Shown here in pieces: positions 32,034 through 40,409 of a stretch of 64,000 bases of DNA. The translations under genes and the position numbers were made by a program. Under the pieces are notes generated by a model. It ran no database searches. It saw only the letters and a list, made by a program, of their open reading frames with translations, and was not told the origin of the DNA. The stretch's first letter is position 1. Each line of letters starts with the position of its first letter. Origin of the DNA: an uncultured virus (IMG/VR IMGVR_UViG_3300006103_001171) (lineage: Duplodnaviria; Heunggongvirae; Uroviricota; Caudoviricetes); IMG/VR virus record IMGVR_UViG_3300006103_001171; one strand, given 5' to 3'.

Positions 32034-32689
32034 GGTCTAGTACTGGTTTTCCAAATCTTTCGATATGGCCAACCAGTTTTTTTATGTATGAGTTCATACA
32101 TCAGAGATGCTGTAGCTGGGCTTGCCGTACCCATAAACATAAGACTCTTTATTTTTTGTTTATGTGATATTTTAGCGAGTGTATGGTGAAGCCTTTGCGC
32201 ATCTTTAATATTCTTACAAATCACCATATCAAATTGTTCTTCATTATGAATCAACAGTTTATTATGTACAACAATTATTTGTTTAACCATGTTCTTTTTA
32301 AACGCATTTGTAAATAGTTTTTTTACGACAGCTTCAATTGTTGGTCTTTTAGCCTTAGGATTGTTCCCATATATCCAAAATTCTTCCTCAACTTGATAGT
32401 CTTCAGATGCTAAAATTGTCCAATCACCAAGTGGTTTTTCCGTGTAAGTTCTACCAAAATTATCCCTAACAGTCCTAAATACATCATCAGGTTCTGTTGG
32501 CTTAGTTACACATATTCTAAAATTAACTGGCACAATTTTTTCAGTGTTTATGTATTTCTTTGGAAATTTAACTGATTGATTCTTATCAATTAAATTATGA
32601 TAATGCTTAAAACAAGTTTCTTTTTTTCCACTTCTATGAAGTGTTTTTTTATACTCACCGTTACTTAATAACACAACTCTATAAACCAT
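32030..32689 (-). CDS. Hypothetical protein
   Basis: Long minus-strand ORF; start taken at MVYRVV. Confidence 0.65.
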   Translation of the reverse strand: MVYRVVLLSNGEYKKTLHRSGKKETCFKHYHNLIDKNQSVKFPKKYINTEKIVPVNFRICVTKPTEPDDVFRTVRDNFGRTYTEKPLGDWTILASEDYQVEEEFWIYGNNPKAKRPTIEAVVKKLFTNAFKKNMVKQIIVVHNKLLIHNEEQFDMVICKNIKDAQRLHHTLAKISHKQKIKSLMFMGTASPATASLMYELIHKKTGWPYRKIWKTSTRP

Positions 32690-32741
32690 TTTTTGTTTTT
32701 TAAACAAAATAGCGTATATTTGCAAAAAATAAATAGGTACT

Positions 32742-33752
32742 ATGTCGAAAAGAGATTATTATGAAATTTTAGGACTTACAAAAACAGCAACAGCTGATGA
32801 AATTAAAAAGTCTTATAGAAAATTAGCTATGACACATCACCCAGATAAAGGTGGTGATGCTGAAGCCTTTAAAGAAATTACCGAAGCATACGAAGTTTTA
32901 TCTGACGATGAAAAGAAACAAAAGTATGATAGGTACGGTCACGCTGGTCCACAACAAGCCTATGACCCAATGACTGACTTTATGCGAAAAACTGGTTTCG
33001 GTTTTGGTGGTAAACAACAAAATAAAGGTCAAAATATGAACTTAACAGTTAAATTGACCCTTGAAGAAATATTTAATGGAACAACCAAAAAGTTTAAATA
33101 CACAAAAAAAACTGATTGTAAACCTTGCTCTAATAAAGGTGGGTTAGGTGTTAAACCTTGTAGCCATTGTAATGGTGCTGGGGTTGTGATGGAAGTCTTT
33201 AGAACACCATTCGGTGAAATAAGAAACGCATCACCATGTTCTGTTTGTCAAGGTGAAGGAAACACCTATGAAACAACATGTATTACATGTGGTGGTAACG
33301 GTACAATAAACGGTGACGAACATATTGATGTAAATATTCCAATGGGTGTTGCTGAAGGAATGTCATTTGTAATGCAAGGAAAGGGTCATTCCGTTAAGAA
33401 TGGTGTGGCTGGTGATTTAATCATAACAATCGTTGAATCCAAACATGATAAGTTCTTTAGAGTTGGTAATGATTTAAAAATTAAACTATCATTAGACTAC
33501 TATCAATTAGTTCTAGGTGATAAAGTTGAGATTCCAACAATTGATGGTGGTAAAATAAGAGCCACAATTAATCCATATACTAAGGTTAATGAAATACTTA
33601 GAGTACCAACTAAAGGTATGAGACAACTAAATAGCAATAATAGAGGTGATATGCTTATTGAAATTGATTTAAATATCGATGATAAGATTAGCACTGAGGA
33701 ATTGGATATTATCAAACAATTAAAAAATATTAAAGAAAAAGTTGTTAGTTAA
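32742..33752 (+). CDS. dnaJ: DnaJ chaperone
   Basis: J-domain with HPD, four CxxCxGxG-type repeats and a C-terminal domain. Confidence 0.95.
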   Translation: MSKRDYYEILGLTKTATADEIKKSYRKLAMTHHPDKGGDAEAFKEITEAYEVLSDDEKKQKYDRYGHAGPQQAYDPMTDFMRKTGFGFGGKQQNKGQNMNLTVKLTLEEIFNGTTKKFKYTKKTDCKPCSNKGGLGVKPCSHCNGAGVVMEVFRTPFGEIRNASPCSVCQGEGNTYETTCITCGGNGTINGDEHIDVNIPMGVAEGMSFVMQGKGHSVKNGVAGDLIITIVESKHDKFFRVGNDLKIKLSLDYYQLVLGDKVEIPTIDGGKIRATINPYTKVNEILRVPTKGMRQLNSNNRGDMLIEIDLNIDDKISTEELDIIKQLKNIKEKVVS

Positions 33753-33794
33753 TAATTTTTTTTGTATATTTGCAGAAATTAAATTAAAAATAAT

Positions 33795-34223
33795 ATGGCA
33801 AAATTTGAAGAAGTGTTTGAGGACACAAGAGCGTTATTTACCGATTTTATTGCTAAGATTGATTCATTAAATGAAGTTAATGTAAACATCCTAGCGGTGA
33901 ACAAACTAAAAGAAATTGGTAAGATTAGTAAAACTAACGACTTACTTAAGTATGAAACTGATTACGATGTTTACATCTTTTTGAACGAAAGAGTATTTGA
34001 ACAATTGGATGAAGAACAAAAGTTGATGGTTGTTGAAGAATTGATAGCACAAATTTACTTTGATGCTGAGAAGGGTAAAGTAACCCTCATTAAACCAGAC
34101 TTTACCACCTTTAGTCTTTTACTACAAAAGTATGGTTCTGAGAAGTGCTTGAATCTAAAGAACCTTATAAAGGAAATCTTTGGTAGCGATGCTCAAACTG
34201 ATGCTGAAAATAACGTTGAATAA
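33795..34223 (+). CDS. Hypothetical protein (phage metallopeptidase-like fold?)
   Basis: 142 aa; 'F..L..EQK..V.EE.I.....KPD' pattern without catalytic His. Confidence 0.5.
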   Translation: MAKFEEVFEDTRALFTDFIAKIDSLNEVNVNILAVNKLKEIGKISKTNDLLKYETDYDVYIFLNERVFEQLDEEQKLMVVEELIAQIYFDAEKGKVTLIKPDFTTFSLLLQKYGSEKCLNLKNLIKEIFGSDAQTDAENNVE

Positions 34224-34474
34224 TGACACGAGAAGAAATACAAGAAATAAACCCAGATGCATTACTTTGTGATGGGTTTGACGAAGCGATAATCGGTATG
34301 GCTGAGCGACCTAATCTTGGCCCTATCGTAGCTTACTCGGTTGAAAAGATGCTAGACATTATGATAGCACGTGACGGTATGACATACGAAGAAGCTCTTG
34401 AGTACTTCGATTATAATATCGCTGGTGCTTGGTTAGGTGATAATACACCAATTTACATTAAAACTGAATTTTAA
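34223..34474 (+). CDS. Conserved phage hypothetical protein
   Basis: 'DGFDEAIIG...MTYEEALEYFDYNI.GAW.G..TP'. Confidence 0.65.
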   Translation: MTREEIQEINPDALLCDGFDEAIIGMAERPNLGPIVAYSVEKMLDIMIARDGMTYEEALEYFDYNIAGAWLGDNTPIYIKTEF

Positions 34475-34477
34475 AAA

Positions 34478-35173
34478 ATGATAACACAAGATTTTAACGA
34501 ATACGCAAAGAAACACTTTGGCGTATCAGATACCCAATTACGTGATTGGGAAGTTTTACAAAGTAAAATTTATGGTGGTGCAACAGCATCATTAACCCCT
34601 TACGTTCTTGAGGAAAGAGAACTTAGGGTAACACAGATTGATATTTTTTCCAGAATGATGATGGACAGAATCCTCTGGTTAGCTGGCCCCGTAAATGACA
34701 GAATGTCAACAATCGTTCAAGCACAACTTATGTTCTTGGATAACTTGGAAGTAAAAGACATTATATTGCATGTAGACTCACCAGGTGGTTCGGTTAAGTC
34801 AGGTCTTTCAATTGTTGATGTTATGAATTACGTTTCATCTGAGATAGTAACAATTAACACTGGTATGGCCGCTAGTATGGGTAGTATCCTTTTAGGTGCT
34901 GGTACAAAGGGTAAACGTTATACATTACCATCCAGTCGTGTAATGCTTCACCAAGTGTCATCTGGAGCTGAGGGTACGTTAGCCGATATTAAAATATCTA
35001 TTGCTGAGGCTGAAAAATATAATAATAAGTTATTTGGGATGCTTGGCGAATATACCAACAAGACACCAGAACAAGTTATGAGTGATGCTAGTCGTGATTT
35101 TTGGATGGATAGCAATGAGTCAGTTGAATATGGGATAGTTGATGCGGTAATAACATCTAAAAAAAGAAAATAG
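34478..35173 (+). CDS. clpP: ATP-dependent Clp protease proteolytic subunit
   Basis: 'DIFSRMM.DRI', 'DSPGGSV', 'GMAASMGS' and 'MLHQ'. Confidence 0.95.
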   Translation: MITQDFNEYAKKHFGVSDTQLRDWEVLQSKIYGGATASLTPYVLEERELRVTQIDIFSRMMMDRILWLAGPVNDRMSTIVQAQLMFLDNLEVKDIILHVDSPGGSVKSGLSIVDVMNYVSSEIVTINTGMAASMGSILLGAGTKGKRYTLPSSRVMLHQVSSGAEGTLADIKISIAEAEKYNNKLFGMLGEYTNKTPEQVMSDASRDFWMDSNESVEYGIVDAVITSKKRK

Positions 35174-35321
35174 TTATTTAAATAAGGTTAGTAATAGTTA
35201 CTAACCTTATTTTAAAAAATCAACATAACTAAAATTTTCATAAAAACGTTCTGGTTTTTTTGCACTATAATTTGGATTTTACTTAAAAGTCTAATATTTA
35301 TTTATAAGTTCTTTAAAATAT

Positions 35322-35671
35322 GGGGATACAATGTATTGATTAGGTATAGTCGTACAGTGTAAGCATGTAGTGCTAGATGGAAGCACTTAAATCTCGCTAT
35401 TAAAACAAGAAAAGACAACGATTTAATCGTATCTGAAAATTTCCTTGATGAGGCTGTTTACAGCTTCGGTGGAGAGTTAGCTGTAGCCTAAAACAGCAAT
35501 AGTGGTAATCCACTTGATGATGGTAAATCCATTAAATAGTGTTAGAACACTGGTGAGACCAAATTCACCTTAAAAAGTAAGGAAAGATTCGCTGGGTTAT
35601 AAAACCTAGATAAACATGTAGAAAGCTCTAGAAGAATACTTAAGACACGGACTCATTCTCCGTTATCTCCA
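35322..35671 (+). ncRNA. ssrA: tmRNA
   Basis: Acceptor stem GGGGATA/TATCTCC-A, gcatgtag/acatgtag helix motifs, and an internal tag frame 35414..35491 (DNDLIVSENFLDEAVYSFGGELAVA*). Confidence 0.85.
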
Positions 35672-35793
35672 CTCTCATCAAGATTCCACCTAACTCACCT
35701 AGGGATTGGAACTAATAACCCCTCGCAAGTCGCTTTGTTGGGGGTTTAACTTATTAAAATAAAAAAGGGCCTTTAAAAGCCCTTTTAATTTTT

Positions 35794-35940
35794 TTAATTA
35801 CCTTGTTGTACTGTTGGAACTGTTACGTTTACTTGTGCTGTTGGTTGGTTAACAATAGTGGTTGTTGTAGTTGTTGTAGTTGCTACATCTTTTTTACCAC
35901 CTTTACATCCACATCCGAAGAGTTTTTGTTCTAATTTCAT
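35794..35940 (-). CDS. Small GCGCK-motif protein (48 aa), not in the ORF track
   Basis: MKLEQKLFGCGCKGGKKDVATTTTTTTIVNQPTAQVNVTVPTVQQGN*, with an A-rich leader and a hairpin terminator at about 35763..35790. Confidence 0.6.
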   Translation of the reverse strand: MKLEQKLFGCGCKGGKKDVATTTTTTTTIVNQPTAQVNVTVPTVQQGN

Positions 35941-36025
35941 AGTTCTTAATTTTTTAAATTTGTTATTTATCTATAAATAGATTTACTTTAAAAATAAATC
36001 GATAATATTTTAATAAATATACATA

Positions 36026-36235
36026 ATGTTTTATAAAAGGAAATACTCAGTAACAATACTTGATGAAAAATGGTCCCAAATGCAGGATTCATTAAAGCTC
36101 TTTGTAATACCTAGGATAGATGAAATGGTCTATATGGAGAATCATAAGAAGTACTTTAAGGTTATAAATGTGATTCATTATCTAAATAATAAACAAGGAA
36201 TTTTTATCATAGTTAAACCCTTTGAAAATAAATAA
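36026..36235 (+). CDS. Hypothetical protein
   Basis: 69-aa ORF. Confidence 0.55.
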   Translation: MFYKRKYSVTILDEKWSQMQDSLKLFVIPRIDEMVYMENHKKYFKVINVIHYLNNKQGIFIIVKPFENK

Positions 36236-36254
36236 AAAATATTTTTAAAAAAAC

Positions 36255-36285
36255 TTGACAAATTAAAAAACTTTTCGTATATTTG
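36255..36285 (+). promoter_or_regulatory. Conserved tRNA-array promoter, copy 1
   Basis: TTGACAaattaaaaaacttttcgTATATTTG, containing the Bacteroidota-type TAnnTTTG -7 box; near-identical copies precede all four tRNA arrays. Confidence 0.8.
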
Positions 36286-36330
36286 CATATAATTATTAAA
36301 GTAGTTCTTATACATAAAAATATTTCTAGA

Positions 36331-36502
36331 AAAATGGTTACGGCAACGTAAAAAAAAAATTCTACTATTGAAGGGGCTTGGCCACTCCCACGTCACCATT
36401 TATGGTGGATAAAAGCTGAAAAGTAAGTGGCACCTGTTATGATGGCAGTTTAAATCTAATCCTTGTAGTGGTAGCAAGCCAAAATAACACAAAAACCATT
36501 TT
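36331..36502 (+). ncRNA. Structured RNA of the stem-(C)GGCAA family
   Basis: Outer stem aaaatggtt/aaccatttt followed by acggcaa; inner ggcttg/caagcc and ccact/agtgg pairings. Confidence 0.5.
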
Positions 36503-36516
36503 GAGAAACTTATTAA

Positions 36517-36576
36517 AGAATCAGTTCAGCAAATTAAACAATTTTTTTATCTGAAACAAAAAAACAAAATGATTCT
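36517..36576 (+). ncRNA. Minimal stem-CAGCAA RNA
   Basis: agaatca/tgattct stem, gttCAGCAA, and an inner T-run/A-run hairpin. Confidence 0.5.
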
Positions 36577-36582
36577 GAAATT

Positions 36583-36656
36583 TACGTCATTGGTGTAATG
36601 AGCACGTGCCCCCACATGGGGGGGGTTTAGACCAGTATCAAATCTGGATGACGTAC
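36583..36656 (+). tRNA. Atypical tRNA-like element (CAT in loop)
   Basis: Acceptor tacgtca/tgacgta, C-rich/G-rich anticodon stem around acat, and a degenerate T arm. Confidence 0.4.
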
Positions 36657-36701
36657 TTGCGAGGTGGAGCAGTAGTAGCTCGCTAGGCCCGTAAAATACA
36701 T

Positions 36702-36773
36702 TGCGCTGTAGAGAAGTAGTATCTCGCAAGCCTCATAAGCTTGAAATCATTGGTGCAAATCCAATCGGCGCAT
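36702..36773 (+). tRNA. tRNA-Met (CAT), initiator-like
   Basis: caagc-CTCATAA-gcttg arm; acceptor tgcgctg/cggcgca. A truncated 5' half of a similar tRNA lies at 36658..36696. Confidence 0.75.
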
Positions 36774-36778
36774 CATAT

Positions 36779-36864
36779 CGTGGGATGATGTAACGGTAAC
36801 ATTTGTGGCTCATAACCACAGTAGGCTTATAACCCTTGTATCAGTTCGATTCTGGTTCCCGCAA
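36779..36864 (+). tRNA. tRNA-Met (CAT) with C1:A72 mismatch and long variable arm
   Basis: tgtgg-CTCATAA-ccaca; T loop GTTCGATT. Confidence 0.7.
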
Positions 36865-36871
36865 CAAAAAA

Positions 36872-36924
36872 AGAATGAATTCCGCAATTTAAATTTTTTA
36901 TTTGGAAAAAAACAAACTCATTCT
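36872..36924 (+). ncRNA. Minimal stem-CCGCAA RNA
   Basis: agaatga/tcattct stem (covarying with the 36517 copy), attCCGCAA, and an inner T-run/A-run hairpin. Confidence 0.5.
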
Positions 36925-37167
36925 GAAAAAATTAAAAGATTTATCGAAAGATAAGTCTTTTTTTATTTGTATTATCCTTAAGAATTTCGTATATTTGCAT
37001 TATGGATATTAATAAAATTAATGGTAATGAAATCATAGACTTTTTAAATAGTCTTGATATGGATTCAGATAAAGAAGCTGGTGAATTTATTGGTGTTACT
37101 GGTGGTGCAATACAATATGCATGTTTAAAATCTAAAAACAATAAATGTAAAAATTATATATTTAAAT

Positions 37168-37677
37168 ATGAAACAAAATAATATAAGACTCAATATTGTG
37201 GGTTCAGCTAGGCATGGGAAAGATACACTTGCTGAAATTCTTAACGAACACTTCGGACTTAAATTTATATCATCATCTCAAGCATGTGCCGATATATTCA
37301 TTTACGATGCGTTAAAAGACAAGTATGGTTATAAGACACCAGAAGAATGCTTTGACGATAGGGTTAATCACAGGTCAGAATGGTATCAAATGATATGTGA
37401 TTATAATAAAGATGACAAGGCTAAATTAGCGAAGGAGATTCTTAAGTATAATAATACATATGTTGGTATGAGAAACCACGATGAAATTGAAGAATGTCGT
37501 AAACAAGGCTTATTTGATTTAATTATCTGGGTGGATGCCAGTGAAAGACTTCCAAAAGAAGATTCAACATCTTTCAATATTACTAAGGCTGATGCTGATA
37601 TTATAGTTGAAAACAATCAAGATTTAAAGACATTTAAAAATAAAATTGATAAATTAGGTAAATTATTGTTTAAATAA
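37168..37677 (+). CDS. Deoxynucleoside monophosphate kinase-like P-loop protein
   Basis: 'GSARHGKDT' P-loop; 'ADADIIVENN'. Confidence 0.7.
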   Translation: MKQNNIRLNIVGSARHGKDTLAEILNEHFGLKFISSSQACADIFIYDALKDKYGYKTPEECFDDRVNHRSEWYQMICDYNKDDKAKLAKEILKYNNTYVGMRNHDEIEECRKQGLFDLIIWVDASERLPKEDSTSFNITKADADIIVENNQDLKTFKNKIDKLGKLLFK

Positions 37678-37761
37678 ACTTTCTAATTTGTTAACAATAA
37701 TATCGTATATTTGCATCAGAATAAACAAAAAGGGTCGTTAAAAAAAAAGTTTTAAAAAAAC

Positions 37762-37804
37762 TTGACAAATTAAAAAACTTTTCGTATATTTGCATATATT
37801 TATT
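37762..37804 (+). promoter_or_regulatory. tRNA-array promoter, copy 2 (host-type box plus TATTTAT box in tandem)
   Basis: TTGACA...TATATTTGcaTATATTTATT. Confidence 0.8.
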
Positions 37805-37827
37805 AATAACGAACAAAAATTATCACA

Positions 37828-37929
37828 ATGATAGCAAACATAAACAATATGATTAATTCGATAAATTGGAGACATAATAGTCGCTCAATTAATCAAGTCA
37901 TGCTATCTAGTGATGTTAATAAAATATAA
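37828..37929 (+). CDS. Putative attenuator leader peptide 1 (Ile/Asn/Met/Ser/Trp/Arg/His/Asp)
   Basis: MIANINNMINSINWRHNSRSINQVMLSSDVNKI*, between the promoter and a terminator upstream of the tRNA array. Confidence 0.75.
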   Translation: MIANINNMINSINWRHNSRSINQVMLSSDVNKI

Positions 37930-37950
37930 CAAATTAAATCACAAATAACG

Positions 37951-37988
37951 AAAAGCCTCTGACTCATACGAATCAGAGGTTTTTTTTT
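37951..37988 (+). terminator. Intrinsic terminator/attenuator of tRNA array 2
   Basis: gcctctga...tcagaggt followed by a T-run. Confidence 0.85.
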
Positions 37989-37992
37989 ACCC

Positions 37993-38166
37993 ATGTCAGA
38001 AGAAATACGATATAAGAAATTAGGTGTTGTAAAACAAAAAGACTTGGATGCTGATTTTGATTCGATATACGATAAGTATAAGAGTATTGCTTTAGAACTT
38101 GGTTTAACAGGTGATTTAAAGTTTGTAAAAGAAAAGGGTAAAGTAATAATTTACATAGCTATTTGA
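37993..38166 (+). CDS. Small hypothetical protein (57 aa) inside the attenuated transcript, not in the ORF track
   Basis: MSEEIRYKKLGVVKQKDLDADFDSIYDKYKSIALELGLTGDLKFVKEKGKVIIYIAI*. Confidence 0.55.
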   Translation: MSEEIRYKKLGVVKQKDLDADFDSIYDKYKSIALELGLTGDLKFVKEKGKVIIYIAI

Positions 38167-38182
38167 CATTTAGGAAAAACAC

Positions 38183-38283
38183 ACGTAAATGACCGAGTGG
38201 TCGAAGGTGGTAGGCTCCAACCCTACTGAGATATATAACATTTATGTTAGGTCTCCGCATAGGTTCAAATCCTATTTTACGTG
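38183..38283 (+). tRNA. tRNA-Trp (CCA) with long variable arm
   Basis: gtagg-CTCCAAC-cctac; T arm atagg-TTCAAAT-cctat; acceptor acgtaaa/tttacgt. Confidence 0.7.
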
Positions 38284-38293
38284 CAAAATATAT

Positions 38294-38460
38294 TGGTAGG
38301 TGATGAAATTAGGAATTATATTCCGATGGCAGACATGCCCAATTGTCTCTTGGGTGGTGATAACGAGATAGATAAACAATACAGGGTTGACCACTAGCTT
38401 GCAAGCGTTAATGTTGTTTATTGAATCGCACCGTGGATGGTTCGAATCCTCCTCTACCAG
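38294..38460 (+). tRNA. Expanded tRNA-Asp (GTC)-like RNA (about 167 nt)
   Basis: Acceptor tggtagg/tctacca, cccaa-TTGTCTC-ttggg arm, GGTTCGAATCC T loop, and large inserts. Confidence 0.5.
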
Positions 38461-38504
38461 CAATAGTTTACTTGGACAACGTTCTTAAAATCGGAGTCCG
38501 TCAT

Positions 38505-38587
38505 GGAGAGTGGCACCCAAGGTGGGTAACTAGACTTGAAATCTAGGCCAAGGTAAAAACTTGAGGTTTCGATTACTTCACCATCCG
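38505..38587 (+). tRNA. tRNA-Ser (TGA)
   Basis: ctaga-CTTGAAA-tctag; long variable arm. Confidence 0.7.
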
Positions 38588-38615
38588 CAATTTTGGTTGT
38601 TTTTTACTTTTTTTT

Positions 38616-38704
38616 GGAGAAATAAGGAGGGTAATGGTGGACCCCGTCCGTTTGCTAAACGGAAACCCATTAAGTTGGGCACGTTTCGATTACGTATTTC
38701 TCCG
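38616..38704 (+). tRNA. tRNA-Ser (GCT)
   Basis: tccgt-TTGCTAA-acgga; acceptor ggagaaa/tttctcc-G. Confidence 0.7.
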
Positions 38705-38706
38705 CT

Positions 38707-38794
38707 GGATATATTGGCAGAGTGGTTTAATGCAATTTGCGTGAAGCAAATGGTCCTTAAAGGGCCCACAGGTTCGAATCCTGTATATTATCTC
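38707..38794 (+). tRNA. tRNA-Ser-like (TGA), atypical loop
   Basis: atttg-CGTGAAG-caaat, long variable arm, GGTTCGAATCC. Confidence 0.5.
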
Positions 38795-38801
38795 TAAATA
38801 T

Positions 38802-38875
38802 GGGTTTCGAAGCTTTAAGGTGAAGCGCAAGTTTGTGGCACTTGAGAACTCGGTTCGATACCGTGCGTTACCCCA
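38802..38875 (+). tRNA. tRNA-His (GTG)
   Basis: caagt-TTGTGGC-acttg. Confidence 0.7.
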
Positions 38876-38907
38876 AAATTGTTTTAAGTAATTAACTGTT
38901 AAAAAAT

Positions 38908-38980
38908 GGGTAGTTAGTTCAACTGGTAGAGCACTGTTCTGATACGACAGCCGTTACAGATTCGACTTCTGTACTACCCA
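38908..38980 (+). tRNA. tRNA-Ile (GAT)
   Basis: ctgtt-CTGATAC-gacag; acceptor gggtagt/actaccc. Confidence 0.8.
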
Positions 38981-38985
38981 CAAAT

Positions 38986-39058
38986 TGGTCTTTAGCTCAA
39001 TTGGTAGAGCAAGATACTCATAATATCGAGGTAATGGGTTCGATTCCCGTAGGACCAA
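38986..39058 (+). tRNA. tRNA-Ile2/Met (CAT)
   Basis: gata-CTCATAA-tatc; canonical D and T arms. Confidence 0.8.
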
Positions 39059-39082
39059 CATAATATTCTTCCATGGTGAAAT

Positions 39083-39154
39083 GGCTTGGTAGCTCAAAGG
39101 TGGAGCATTCGTTTGTTAAACGACAGGTTGAGATATCGTAATTCTCCCAAGCCG
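39083..39154 (+). tRNA. tRNA-Asn (GTT)
   Basis: tcgt-TTGTTAA-acga; acceptor ggcttgg/ccaagcc. Confidence 0.75.
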
Positions 39155-39222
39155 CAAATTAACTTTTTTTGTTAATTATTTGACTTTTTGTTCGAACTGT
39201 GTATATTTATAATAAAGAATAT

Positions 39223-39969
39223 ATGAAAGAAAAAATATTAGAATTAAGGAAAAATGGGTTATCAATAAATGAAATAGTTGAAGAGTTAAAGTGTGCTAAA
39301 AGTACTGTTTCATACCATATAAATAAAAACGGTTTAGGTGGTATTAGAAATAGGTTCTTAAAAGGTGTTAGTGATGAAACGATAAATAAAATTAAAATTT
39401 TTAGATTAGAGTCTAAAACATATAATGAAATTTTAGAGTTAATTGACATAAGTGAGGATAAATTAAAAAAAATTTGTCGATTATTTGAGATAAATAATAG
39501 TACTGGTGGTTTTAAACTTAAAGATGTTGATAAAGATGAGGTTATAAAGTATTATTTATCTGTAAAATCAATACGAAAAACTGCTGATTATTTTAATATT
39601 AGTAGAGACACAGTTAAAAAATATATACCTGACAATCTTATCTTAATTAAAGATAAAATAACCAAATCACAATCAGTTATTAATTGGCGTAAAAGAACAA
39701 AAATTAAATTAATTGATTATAAAGGTGGTTGTTGTGAAAAGTGTGGTTATAATAAATCTACATCAGCATTACAATTTCATCATTTAAACCCTAAAGAAAA
39801 GGATTTTCAAATTGGTGGTTCAAGTTATTCATTTGAAAATCTAAAAAAAGAAGTTGATAAATGTATATTAGTATGTGCAAATTGTCATATCGAAATACAT
39901 GAAGAATTAAGGATTTGTAGCTCAGAGGCAGAGCATTCGTTTGTTAAACGACAGGTCGAGATATCGTAA
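39223..39969 (+). CDS. HNH homing endonuclease with N-terminal HTH domains
   Basis: 'YKGGCCEKCGY...LQFHH...KCILVCANCHIEIH'; the C-terminus runs into a tRNA remnant. Confidence 0.85.
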   Translation: MKEKILELRKNGLSINEIVEELKCAKSTVSYHINKNGLGGIRNRFLKGVSDETINKIKIFRLESKTYNEILELIDISEDKLKKICRLFEINNSTGGFKLKDVDKDEVIKYYLSVKSIRKTADYFNISRDTVKKYIPDNLILIKDKITKSQSVINWRKRTKIKLIDYKGGCCEKCGYNKSTSALQFHHLNPKEKDFQIGGSSYSFENLKKEVDKCILVCANCHIEIHEELRICSSEAEHSFVKRQVEIS

Positions 39970-39982
39970 TTCTCCATTAGCG
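39911..39982 (+). pseudogene. Disrupted second copy of tRNA-Asn
   Basis: Nearly identical to 39083..39154 from the D arm onward, but the 5' acceptor strand does not pair with the 3' cattagc. Confidence 0.75.
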
Positions 39983-39987
39983 CACAT

Positions 39988-40057
39988 TGCGTAGGTTATC
40001 GGAATACAACCATCTCTCATAAGGAAGGTCAAGGCGGTTCAGCTCCGCTCTACGCAA
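39988..40057 (+). tRNA. tRNA-Met (CAT)-like, reduced D arm
   Basis: Acceptor tgcgtag/ctacgca, CTCATAA loop, gcgg-TTCAGCT-ccgc. Confidence 0.5.
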
Positions 40058-40060
40058 CAT

Positions 40061-40133
40061 GGTTCCATAGTTCAATGGATTAGAACAGATGATTACGAAT
40101 CATCCGATAAGCGTTCGAGTCGCTTTGGGACTA
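40061..40133 (+). tRNA. tRNA-Arg (ACG)
   Basis: gatga-TTACGAA-tcatc. Confidence 0.8.
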
Positions 40134-40249
40134 CAGTATAGTAAATGTGATATAAGAAGAACTAATATCAGGTGGAGTTAGTGTCCGTACCACGTTAAAA
40201 AATTGTGATGATTATACAAGGTGTTGTCGAGTACACAACTATACTATTT

Positions 40250-40276
40250 GGTCTTGTCGTTCAATGGATTAGGACT
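40250..40276 (+). pseudogene. 5' half of a disrupted tRNA-Arg
   Basis: ggtcttg-tc-gttcaatggattaggac; ggtcttg pairs with cgagacc at 40962..40968. Confidence 0.75.
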
Positions 40277-40283
40277 ACTATAA

Positions 40284-40356
40284 GCTTCTATGGTGTAACT
40301 GGATAACACTTTTGCCTTCTAAGCAAACTTTCTGAGTTCGAATCTCGGTAGGAGCA
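40284..40356 (+). tRNA. tRNA-Arg (TCT)
   Basis: tttgc-CTTCTAA-gcaaa; acceptor gcttcta/taggagc. Confidence 0.8.
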
Positions 40357-40409
40357 CTAGTTAAATGGATATTTTTTTTCTTTTTCCATTTAACGATATA
40401 TTTATTAGT

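Noticed and set aside
38272..38797. Track ORFs 38272..38463, 38561..38797 and 38578..38769 (also 36547..36729, 62786..63031, 63272..63463)
   Set aside because: They overlap tRNA genes and are open by chance.
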